A stretch of DNA of 54,524 nucleotides from positions 1 to 54,524 of the forward strand of contig JBNGIO010006162.1 of assembly GCA_049999805.1 (NCBI GenBank). The letters run 5' to 3'. The notes under the pieces are model-generated. The model was not told where the DNA came from. It was given only the letters and a program-made list of their open reading frames with translations, and did not search any database. The stretch's first letter is position 1; the number at the start of each line of letters is the position of its first letter. Source of the stretch: Folioceros fuciformis. Taxonomy: Eukaryota. This document shows, one piece after another, positions 11,089 to 20,896 of the stretch. The translations under genes and the position numbers were made by a program.

Positions 11089-13457
11089 TTGGGTGTGTGG
11101 AGCGCAGCTGGCCTGGGGTATGCGACTGGGGGAGTGACTACTGGCACCGTCAGCAAGCTGTGTCAACAGGAGCGTCTGGTAGAGGCTGTTGATGCTTTGG
11201 GAGTCCTGGTGCAGACGGAGTGTTGGATTTGTGCAGCTCTGTTTTACAGTCTTTTGAAGAAATGTAAAGTGAAGAAGGATCTTGTTGTGGGTCGACGTGT
11301 GCATGCTTTGACAGTGAGGAAGGGGTGTCGGATACGTTGTTGTGCAACCACATCCTGCGAATGTATGCTTCTCATGGCAGTCTAGAAGAAGCATGGGTGT
11401 ATTCATCGGGGTTGCAGAACCGGATGCCTTCATGTGGTCTTCCATGATTTCTGCTCATGTTAAACAGGGGCAGGACAAGAAGGCCGTAGCGCTGTACCAT
11501 GGGATGCGCAGGTTAAGTGTGAAAGCAGATGGGCATGTGTTTGCGGCAGTCCTTCAGGCTTGTGCACGGGCAGCAGACTTAGAAAATGGGAAGCAGGTGC
11601 TTCTCGACGTTTTGGCCAGTGGGTTTGGGCGTGATTTGTTTGTTTGCAACTGCATGTTAGACATGTATGCGAAGTGTGGCAGCATGGCGGGTGCGCAAAG
11701 GGTCTTGACGGACTTAGTCACAAAGATGTGGTGACGTGGACAGCTCTAATAGCTGGGTATTCTCAGCAAGACCTGGGTCAGGAGGCCATTGATGTATATA
11801 CTGCTATGCGAAAGGAAGGGCTTGCCGCACCCAATTCAGTGACATTTGTGTGCCTCCTGCAGGCATGTGCAAGTGTAGGCACTATGACTTTGGAGAAGGG
11901 GAAGCAGATTCATGCACGGGTTAGAGATCAAGGACTGCAAGCTGATGTGGTTGTGAGTTGCGGCTTGGTAAACATGTATGCCAAGTGTGGCAGCTTGGAA
12001 GACGCTCAAAGAGTGTTTGATGGACTTGGGCAGAAGGATGTGGTGACATGGACAGCCCTCATCGTAGGATACTCGCAGCAGGGTAGGGGTCAGGAAGCTC
12101 TCGAACTTTACAGTGCAATGGAAGACGCTGGCATTGCTGTACCCGATTCTGTGACATTTGTCTCTCTCCTGCAAGCTTGTGCAAGTGTGGGTGTCCCAGC
12201 TTTAGAGAAGGGGAAACAGCTTCATGCACAGATTCGAGAATTAGGATATAATGTTGATGATGTTGTGGGTTGCAGCCTGGTAGACATGTATGCAAAGTGT
12301 GGAAACCTAGGGGATGCCAGGGATGTGTTTCCAGGTCTGGATCAGAAAAACGTGGTTACATGGACCGCCCTGATATCAGGATATGTAAAGTGTGGCAGCT
12401 TGGAAGTTGCTCAGTCATTGTTTGACAGGCTTGGGGAGAAAAATGTTGTGACCTGGAATGCCATGATCAGAGGATATGCCCAGCCGGGAATGGGGCAGGA
12501 AGCGATTCGCCTTTACAGGGCTATGCAGGAAGAAGGCCTTGTTGCATCGGATTCTGTGACATTTGTGTGCCACCTGCAGGCATGTGCAAATGTGGCAGCG
12601 CTGAATCTGGGAAGGCATCTTCATGCACAGATTGAGGAGCAAGGGCTTCACTCTGATAACCTTGTCGCCCTCAGTTTGATAAATATGTATGCAAAGTCTG
12701 GGAGCACCGTCGAAGCACAGCACGTGCTCGAGGCATTGCCTGAAAGAGACGATGTCGCCTGGAATGCTCTAATTGCGGGTCACACCCGTCAGGGAGACAG
12801 TGAGGTGGTCTTTGACTTGTTTCGCAGAATGATAAGGGATGGCATACAGCCGGACAGCATCACATTCCTCAGTGTATTGACAGTCTGCAGTCATGCGGAT
12901 CTAGTGAGCACAGGGCAAGAGTACTTCTCGGTTATGAGCAGAAACTACGGCCTCTTTCCCACGGTGGAGCACTACACGTGCATGGTAGACCTTCTGGGCC
13001 GTGCAGGCCAAGTGGAAGAGTCACTAGCTTTTGTAAGGACAATGCCCATTCTGTTGTAGTTTGGCACACCTTGCTGGGTGCCAGTCGAAAATGGGGCAAC
13101 GTGCAGGTAGGACTTGATGCTTTCAATGAAGCAGTGAAGCTAGACAAGAACGATGTCGTAGCTCATGTGTTGATGTGCAACATATACATCGACACCCAGA
13201 TGTGGGACCAGGCGAAGGAGATACAGGCTAGGAGAGCAGAAATTGGGGCATGGAAGCTGCCAGGCCAGAGCTGGTCGATAGACATGGACGGCTTGGGCCA
13301 TGCTTTTCTGGTGGGGGACAGACAGCATCCCGATACCGACGCCATACATGCGAGGTTGAAAGAGCTGATTCTTCAATTGAAGAATGTAGAGTATGTGCCC
13401 CACATGACAAGGCACGCCATATCCAATAATGAAAGCAAGGTAATTTGTGTGAGCTGA
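11089..13457 (+). pseudogene. Frameshifted PLS-class PPR gene ending in E1-E2 and a WW-like PG box (truncated DYW); paralogue of 13923-17246
   Basis: Homology to the downstream PPR is spread over ORFs 11089, 11342, 11644 and 12978. Deletions are visible at ~11326 (4 nt), ~11393 (1 nt), ~11705 (1 nt) and ~13050 (7 nt). Ends WKLPGQSWSIDMDGLGHAFLVGDRQHP with no HxE...CxxC. Some indels could be assembly errors. Confidence 0.85.
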
Positions 13458-13922
13458 CTCCTAACAAGACACCCAACGACGTACAACAGGGAAGCAAGTC
13501 CGAAAAAGGCCTTCCTGCAGACAGCTAGTAGACTGTCCACGAGCTTCTTCTGAAGAGTACTGACACGAACATTTCTGATGCACCGGATCCCCAGCACGAC
13601 AGGGATCAGGATCCCGTCAGTCTCCACCTGAGTGTGCAAATCTCTCCTCCTCACGCTGTCGTCGGTTTCACAGACCCGACTCGATTCACAGAACAATTAC
13701 TCCCCAACGTCTCCAATCGCCTGCATCGCCCGCTCCAGAACCAGGGCCTCGCGTAAGAGGTTCTAAGATTACAGCACCAGATCACAGTTTCTGACTCTCT
13801 GCACTCCATGGTCCCAGCGAGCTGGGGTTGTCTTGCCTCAACGGCTTTTGTGGAGCTGAGAAGAAGAATTTTCTGGAAGTGTAGGAAAACGGATAGTCCA
13901 TGTAAGTGGGCCGTGCCGGATA

Positions 13923-16900
13923 ATGACGGCCCTTGCCAGGGCTGTAGTATGCGGCCGGGGTCTGAACGATGACGATGTTACCAAGCTGTGTCATCAGGAG
14001 CGTCTGGCAGAGGCTGTTGAGGCTCTAGGAGTGTTTGTGCAAACGGAGAGTTGGATTTCTACAGCTCTGTTTTACAGCGTTTTGAAGAAATGTGTAGGGA
14101 AGAGGGATCTCGTGTTGGGTCGCCTTGTGCATGCTTTGACGGTGTGGAAGGGGTATGGGTCGGATACGTTCTTGTGCAACCATTTCCTGCGGATGTATGC
14201 TGCTCATGGCAGCTTGGAAGAAGCAATGGATGTGTTTACAGGGGTCGCAGGACCCGATGTCTTCATGTGGTCTTCCATGATCTCTGCGCATGTAAAATAC
14301 GGACAGGACACACAGGCCTTGGAGCTGTATCATGGGATGCGCAGGTCAAGTGTGAAGCCAGATGGGTTTGTGTTTGTGGCAGCCCTTAAGGCTTGTGCAA
14401 GGGGAGCAGATTTGGAAAATGGCCAGCGGGTGCATGCTGATGTTTTGGCCAGTGAACTTGAGGGCAATTTGTTTGTCTGTAGCTCTTTGGTTGACATGTA
14501 TGCGAAGTGTGGCAGCTTGGAAGACGCGCGGAGAGTGTTTGATGAAGTTGATGAAAAGGATGTGGTGTTATGGAATGCCATGATAGCAGGGTATTCGCAG
14601 CAGGGCATGGGGCAGGAAGTGCTGGGCCTTTACAATGTTATGCAAGAGGAGGGCACGGCTGCACCGGATGCGGTTACGTTTTCCTGCATCCTGCAGGCAT
14701 GTGCAACAATAGGCGCTCCAGCTTTGGAGCAGGGGAAGCAGCTTCATGCACAGATTGAAGACCATGGATATGACCGTGAGGTTCTTGTAGCCAACAGTTT
14801 GATTAACATGTATGTCAAGTGTGGGATCTTGGACGAAGCTCGAACAGTGTTTGATGGACTCGTTGGAAAAGATGTTGTGACGTGGAATGCCATGCTAGCA
14901 GGGTATGCCCAGCAAGGCATGGGACAGGAGACCCTTGGGCTTTTCAGTGCTATGGAAAAAGAAGTCCGCGTTGCACCAGATTCTGTGACTTTTGTGTGCC
15001 TCCTGCAGGCATGTGCATGTTTAGGCATACCAGGTCTGGAGAAAGGGAAGCAGATTCATGCAAGAATTCACGAACAAGGACTTCAAGGTAATGTGTTTGT
15101 CGCCAGCAGTTTGTTGGACATGTACGCCAAGTGTGGCAGCGTAGAGGATGCTCGGGTTGTGTTTGATGGCCTTGGTGAAAAAAATGTGGTGACGTGGAGT
15201 GCCATGATAGCGGGGTATTCACAGCAGGGCATGGGGCAGGGGGCCCTTCTTCTTTACAGGGCTATGCAAGAAGAAGGCATGGTTGCACCCGATGCTGTGA
15301 CGTTTGTGTCCCTCCTGCAGGCATGTGCAAGTGTGGGCGCCCCAGCTTTGGAGGAGGGGAGGCACCTTCATGCACAAATTAGAGAAGGTGGGTTTGATGC
15401 TGAAGTATCAGTAGCCGGCACCTTGGTTGACATGTATGCAAAGTGTGGCAGCATCGAGGACGCCCAGGCCTTGCTCAAGGGAATATCTGAGAAAGATGTG
15501 GTGACACGGAGCACAAAGGGGAGCGAACTGGACACATTCTTGTGCAATCGTATCCTGCAGATGTGTGCCTCTCATGCCAGGCTGCAAGAAATTATGGATG
15601 TGTTCACCATGGTTGCCAATCCAGATGCCTTCGCGTGGTCTGCCGTAATTTCTGCACATGTTAAGCATGGACTAAATAGGGAGGCCATAGAACTGTACCA
15701 TGAGATGTGCAGGTCAAGTGTACATCCGAATGGGCGTGTGTTTGTGGCAGCCCTTCAGGCTTGTGCAAGTTCAGCAGACTTGAAATCTGGGCAACAGGTG
15801 CATGCTGATTTGTTGTCTTCTGGCGTTGAGCCTGATTTGTTTGTTTGTAGCTGTTTAGTGGACATGTATGCAAAATGCTGTAGCTTGGAAGAAGCTCAAA
15901 ATGTCTTCGACAGGCTTCCTGAGAAGGATTTGGTGACATGGAGTACCATGATAACAGGATATTCCCAGCATGGCATGGGGCAGGAAGCGCTTGGTCTCTA
16001 CAGCTCTATGTTAGAAGATGGCATCAGTGAACTCGATTCTGTGACATTTGTGTGCCTCCTACAGGCCTGTGCATGCGTAGGCGACCAGGGTCTGGACATG
16101 GGGAGGCAGCTTCATGCGCAAATTCGAGAACAAGGGCTTCAAGCTGATGTGTTTGTCGCCAGCAGTTTGATCAATATGTATGGAAAGTGTGGCAGCATCG
16201 AGGATGCTCGGAATGTTTTCGACAGAGCCTCTCAAAAGAATGTGGTGATGTGGAATGCCATGATCGCAGGATATGCCCAGCAGGGCATGGAGCAAGAAAC
16301 CCTTGGTCTTTACAGAGCTATGCAACAAGAGGGCCTCATTACACCCGATTCTGTGACTTTTGTGTGCCTCCTGCTGGCATGTGCAAGTTTGGCGGCCTTG
16401 CATCTGGGAAGGCAGCTACATTCACACATAGAACAACACGGGCTTCAAGCTGATGTTACTCTGGTTCACAGTTTGATAAACATGTATGCAAAGTCTGGAA
16501 GCATGGTTGATGCGCAGCAGGTGTTTGAGTCACAGCCCACAAGAGTCGACAGATCATGGAATGCACTGATAGCAGGTTACACTCATCAAGGAGACAGTTT
16601 TGCAGTCTTCGACTTACTTCACAGAATGAAGAAGGATGGCATACCGCCAACTGGGATCACTTTCCTGAGTGTATTAACTGTGTGCAGTCATGCAGGCCTG
16701 GTGAACAAGGGACTAGACTACTTTTCTACAATGAGCAGCGAGTATGGCATCTCTCCTACGGCAGAGCACTACACTTGTATGGTGGATCTTATGGGTCGGG
16801 CTGGCGAACTGGACGATGCACTAGCCTTGGTGAGGACAATGCCCACCCTACCTGATCCTGCAGTTTGGCACACTCTGTTAGGTGCGTGTCGGAAATGGAA

Positions 16901-17246
16901 CAACGTGCAGGTGGGACGCCATGCTTTCGATGAAGCAATGAAGCTGGACGGACAGGATGCTGCAGCTTATTTGTTGATGTTGAACATCTACACCGCTGCC
17001 CAGATGTGGGAGCAGGTGCAAGAGATCCAGGCTAGGAGGACGGGAAGCGGGGCTCAGAAACAACCAGGACAATGCTGGTGGACAGACATGGACGGAGTCG
17101 TTCACAGTTTTTTGGTGCAGAATAGGAAGATCCCAAAACTGGATATATCTGGAAGACTACTTCAGCTAACTTCCAAAACGCTGGAGATATGGGTATGCGT
17201 AGGACATCGGGACTTGTCATCGCAGGTACTGTACCAAATTCGGTGA
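13923..17246 (+). CDS. PLS-class PPR protein with E1-E2 and a WW-type PG box but no deaminase core (E+-like organellar RNA editing specificity factor)
   Basis: Repeating P/L/S motifs (VVTWNAMIAGYSQQG, SVTFVCLLQACA, LVDMYAKCGSLEDA), then HYTCMVDLMGRAG, VWHTLLGACRKW and KQPGQCWWTDMDGVVHSFLV, followed by divergent sequence. Many L motifs carry a 2-aa extension (GAPALE). True start and transit peptide are uncertain. Confidence 0.9.
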   Translation: MTALARAVVCGRGLNDDDVTKLCHQERLAEAVEALGVFVQTESWISTALFYSVLKKCVGKRDLVLGRLVHALTVWKGYGSDTFLCNHFLRMYAAHGSLEEAMDVFTGVAGPDVFMWSSMISAHVKYGQDTQALELYHGMRRSSVKPDGFVFVAALKACARGADLENGQRVHADVLASELEGNLFVCSSLVDMYAKCGSLEDARRVFDEVDEKDVVLWNAMIAGYSQQGMGQEVLGLYNVMQEEGTAAPDAVTFSCILQACATIGAPALEQGKQLHAQIEDHGYDREVLVANSLINMYVKCGILDEARTVFDGLVGKDVVTWNAMLAGYAQQGMGQETLGLFSAMEKEVRVAPDSVTFVCLLQACACLGIPGLEKGKQIHARIHEQGLQGNVFVASSLLDMYAKCGSVEDARVVFDGLGEKNVVTWSAMIAGYSQQGMGQGALLLYRAMQEEGMVAPDAVTFVSLLQACASVGAPALEEGRHLHAQIREGGFDAEVSVAGTLVDMYAKCGSIEDAQALLKGISEKDVVTRSTKGSELDTFLCNRILQMCASHARLQEIMDVFTMVANPDAFAWSAVISAHVKHGLNREAIELYHEMCRSSVHPNGRVFVAALQACASSADLKSGQQVHADLLSSGVEPDLFVCSCLVDMYAKCCSLEEAQNVFDRLPEKDLVTWSTMITGYSQHGMGQEALGLYSSMLEDGISELDSVTFVCLLQACACVGDQGLDMGRQLHAQIREQGLQADVFVASSLINMYGKCGSIEDARNVFDRASQKNVVMWNAMIAGYAQQGMEQETLGLYRAMQQEGLITPDSVTFVCLLLACASLAALHLGRQLHSHIEQHGLQADVTLVHSLINMYAKSGSMVDAQQVFESQPTRVDRSWNALIAGYTHQGDSFAVFDLLHRMKKDGIPPTGITFLSVLTVCSHAGLVNKGLDYFSTMSSEYGISPTAEHYTCMVDLMGRAGELDDALALVRTMPTLPDPAVWHTLLGACRKWNNVQVGRHAFDEAMKLDGQDAAAYLLMLNIYTAAQMWEQVQEIQARRTGSGAQKQPGQCWWTDMDGVVHSFLVQNRKIPKLDISGRLLQLTSKTLEIWVCVGHRDLSSQVLYQIR

Positions 17247-18286
17247 CATTTGTGTCTCTTATAGCCAACTGGAAGCGTTCTTTTTTCCGCCCAACATCCA
17301 CGTAGCAATCTTGCGGTTCGCCTTACTGGCCAGGGCCATCCATACTGAACATGTGATGCACCAAACAGCAACATCGACCATGGGAAAGGAACTCGCGGTG
17401 TCAACGTGTGTTGCTCACGTTGGTTGAAGAAGTTGGAGGAACTGAAGCTCCAAGCCTAGGTGCTTATGATTTGAAGGTCAGCAGCACTAGAAACCCTTGG
17501 ATCGGGTTTCCTTAACCCGGGTCTTGAGGGTATGCAGCTTGGTGTCAGGCTTGTGCCATCATGCGAAGGGCATCAGCCACAAGTCGGGCCCGGGATGTCA
17601 CACTCCTCAATGTCATATCCGGCAGCCTCTTCTTCTGATTGATCCGCAGGACAGCGCTGTTGCTGAAAAGGTGATGCATGTTGCCCGTATCTCCTGACGA
17701 TACTCACCTGAAAGGAAGACAGCCCAGGTGGTAGGCCGTCAAGGCAAGTGATCATAGGGAGCAGAATCGTAATACTTGCAGTTGAAGGGGAGCAGATTGG
17801 TGCGCATTGCGTCTTCACCGAGACTATGCCAGGCAAAACTCTCTGGCTGCATTTGATCTGTTTGAAGAGATATCGAGCACAGAGTTGAAGCCTGAAACTG
17901 CATCAACAGTCTGAAGTGGCCAACTCCACACTCTGCGACAAGGTGTCCATGCCCACATTCCACATGGTAGAAGAGAGAAGATATGCTTAGCACATCGCTG
18001 AAATCCCAGTTGGCCAGCCCTAAGCCCTAAACGTTGTTTCTGACAAAAAATTGTTCATCCAAATCTGCAACCCGTGTGATCCACACCGATGGGTCCTTGT
18101 CTGCATGGTTCACGCATTGCAGGTGAGGAGTGAAGGCAGCTCTGATAACCTTGAGCTGCTAGCGAGCTGGTATGACCCTGTTTTTTGAGCAGCTGTCATG
18201 TCGCCTACCTTGTAAAGAGGATGAAGCAATTTCACAATCTCATGGATTGAAGGTTTATGTTTAGCACACCTGCAGGGGCCAGTTCG

Positions 18287-19592
18287 ATGGCATTCCAGTC
18301 CAAGCTGCCGTTCGTGCCTCTGGACAAGAATGGCATTACTATGGCACCAGCCAAGGCGACAGCTAGGTGCGCCACTGTTTGTGAAGAAACCTCAGCTGGC
18401 ACATCCGATTCATCTGAAGAGGTCACTCTCTGAGGCCGCCACTAGACGATTTGTAGTACTGACGGTGCTATTCACTCACGTTCAGTATGTGTGGAATCAC
18501 AGGGTGACCCGGTCGGGAGTGTGGTGCGTGTGGATTTGGGAGATGATTCGGAGATTGAGTGGTATCCACGATTTGTCAATAGAGCGGAGGCTGACCTTTG
18601 GCTTCAGGTCTTGGACAAAGAGATGCCTTGGACTCGGCCAACCCTGTTCGTTTATGGTCGACCCTGTATTCAGGTTCTTGCGTGCAATTGTTTCCTTCGC
18701 GTTTTGTTGTGGAGCGCCAGGGTGACGATTACTGGACCGCAGTGTTGTTTGCTTCTGGATTCTTAGCGAGCTGATACGAAGTTACTTTTGCAGCCAAGAG
18801 AATCGTGTTACGTGGCTGATAAAAATCTGCCAAGCTTGAAATACAGCGGGCATCAGCCAGTTGCGTATCACTGGGACGAATTCCCTGTTCTGAAAAGGAT
18901 TCTACGTGCGGTGAGCGTCAAGATTTTGTTATGTCCTGTTGTCCACGAAACGGTTCTGCTCAGGGGTTCCGTGTGTTTCCTGTCAGGTTCAACAGGCTGT
19001 GCCAGACACGGAGTACAACAGTGTTCTTATCAACCGGTATGCAAATGGGTCAGACTACGCTGCCTGGCACAGCGATAACGAGAAACTGTATGGCCCATCT
19101 CCAGTCATTGCGTCGGTCAGCCTCGGTGTTGAAAGGGAGTTTCTTGTGAGAATGAAGAAGGGTTACAAGTTGCGAAAGGAGAAGGAGAGGAATGGGGGCA
19201 ACATGCAGGTCCAAATACCAAGAAGGAAGACGGAATCCAACATATTCCCACGGTCGACGACCAAGCCTTCTGACAAGGGGAGGCGCGGACGTGCAGATAT
19301 GGCGGGACCACGAGATGAACCTGTCCATCGATCACCTGGCCAACACGTGGTGGACCACACCATGGGCATGCCTCATACGACGATGCGGCGGCTAGTGCAC
19401 TCAAGCTGCTCACCACTCACGACTGTACATGGTGCTACACCGAAGGAACAGTATTCGTTCGTCCTGAAGCATGGTTCCCTCCTCGTGATGAAAGGCAACA
19501 TGCAGAGGGATTGGGATCATTCTGTGCCGAAACGTGCAAAATTAGCTGGATTGCGGATCAACCTCACATTCCGCAAGGTTTATGTGCCATAG
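18287..19592 (+). CDS. ALKBH2: AlkB-family 2OG-Fe(II) DNA demethylase ALKBH2, 4 coding exons, ~342 aa
   Basis: Exons 18287-18421, 18503-18673, 18794-18910, 18987-19592. Motifs MPWTRPTLFVYGRPCIQPRESCYV, NRYANGSDYAAWHSD (HxD), IASVSLG, LKHGSLLVMKG, WDHSVPKR and RINLTFR. The first exon is less certain. Confidence 0.9.
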
Positions 19593-19855
19593 CAGATCAC
19601 TACGACTCCACAAGGAATGTTCTGCGGACACATGCCGCGCTTGCTTCTACTCCTTGGCCAACCATAGCATTTCTGAGATTGACACTTTGCAATGCATGTG
19701 TGGCAGCCTCTAACCAAGCTCCTTATAAGTAACAAGACATGAAGGATCTTCCATGGACTTATCTAAGCAAGGCAATAGCCACTATCAAAAAGTAAGGCAC
19801 ACGAGCAAGCCCAGTGGCATCCCACCTCCATGCTTCCATCCATGTACATGTACAC

Positions 19856-20896
19856 CTACGTCCCGCCCAGAAACCTGGATTTGGGCTTGATGGACAGCAG
19901 CGGCATCTTGTCCTCCTCCATCTTCTCAAAGCCCTGCCCAAGCCCCAGCTCCTGGTCATCCACGTTCTTAGCAGGAGGAGGAGGAGGAACCCGGGCAGGC
20001 GAGCTGGTGGACTGCTGATACATCACACCCCCTACAAGCGTGAGTAGCAGGTACACGAGACCCACATTGCTGGCGTGCTTGTCCCAGATCAGCACATTGA
20101 TGATGACGGTCAGGAACTTGTTCACCACCCCGGTGACAGTGAACGCAGTGGCGGAGAGTGCCCTCCTGGCCGCAAATCCAAAGAAGCTGATCGCCAGGCC
20201 GAAGAGACAAGACAAAGCCACGGACAGCACCATCTGAAACCCAGGCTGAGCAGATCCCCGGACGCCCCACATCTCCCCGGTGACTATGGCGAAGATGGGC
20301 GACAGCAGCAGGGACAGCAGGTTGTTGTAGTACACGAAGCCCCAGGTGTTGAGCCCCAGGTTGGACACCATGTGCTTGATGTACACCATTTCGGCGGTAA
20401 TCACCACCAGGTACGCCACAGCCCAGGCATAGGCAGTTACTGTGAATGCAGAGTCGGTGAGGACGTAGCCCACAGCACCCCCCACAATGACAAGCAGCGC
20501 CACGAAAGTTCCTCTCGACGGAAGCGCTTGCTTCCGGAACAGGGTGTCCGCCATGGCCACCAGCAGGGGAGTGGAGGAGCGGAAGACGATGAAGGTGTCC
20601 ACATTCGCGTGCTTCAACAGGTTGGTGTTGGTGAAGATAGCGAGGTAGAAGACGACGGCGGCTGGGAAAAATTGCCTCGCCGTTTCCCACCGGAAGGGGT
20701 CGTGGTGCAGGAAGCCCAGACTCCCCAGACCCAGCACGCCCACCACGCTGCTGAGGTACTGAAGAGCCGTCAGGAAGCTGGGGAAGGGGAAGAAGGTGAT
20801 GGCGTACTTGTTTATCACGGCCAGCAAGCTAGAGCAGAGCGCGTAGCCGACCACCACAGGGACCACAGCGTACCCCTTCCCCTCAACCTGGGTCAT
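19856..20896 (-). CDS. GFT1: Golgi GDP-sugar transporter, GFT1/GONST4-like; intronless
   Basis: GYALCSSLLAVINK, LTALQY, FYLAIFTNTNLLKHANVDTFIVFRS, EMVYIKHMV, YNNLLSL and SATAFTVTGVVNKFLTV. Start taken at MTQVEG (20896); in-frame upstream Mets exist up to 21109. Confidence 0.9.
   Translation of the reverse strand: MTQVEGKGYAVVPVVVGYALCSSLLAVINKYAITFFPFPSFLTALQYLSSVVGVLGLGSLGFLHHDPFRWETARQFFPAAVVFYLAIFTNTNLLKHANVDTFIVFRSSTPLLVAMADTLFRKQALPSRGTFVALLVIVGGAVGYVLTDSAFTVTAYAWAVAYLVVITAEMVYIKHMVSNLGLNTWGFVYYNNLLSLLLSPIFAIVTGEMWGVRGSAQPGFQMVLSVALSCLFGLAISFFGFAARRALSATAFTVTGVVNKFLTVIINVLIWDKHASNVGLVYLLLTLVGGVMYQQSTSSPARVPPPPPAKNVDDQELGLGQGFEKMEEDKMPLLSIKPKSRFLGGT

Noticed and set aside
17400-18000. 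Small spliced minus-strand gene divergent from ALKBH2
   Set aside because: A splice-like CAG|GTGAG is present near 17706, but the implied peptide is short and unrecognisable; unsupported without transcripts.
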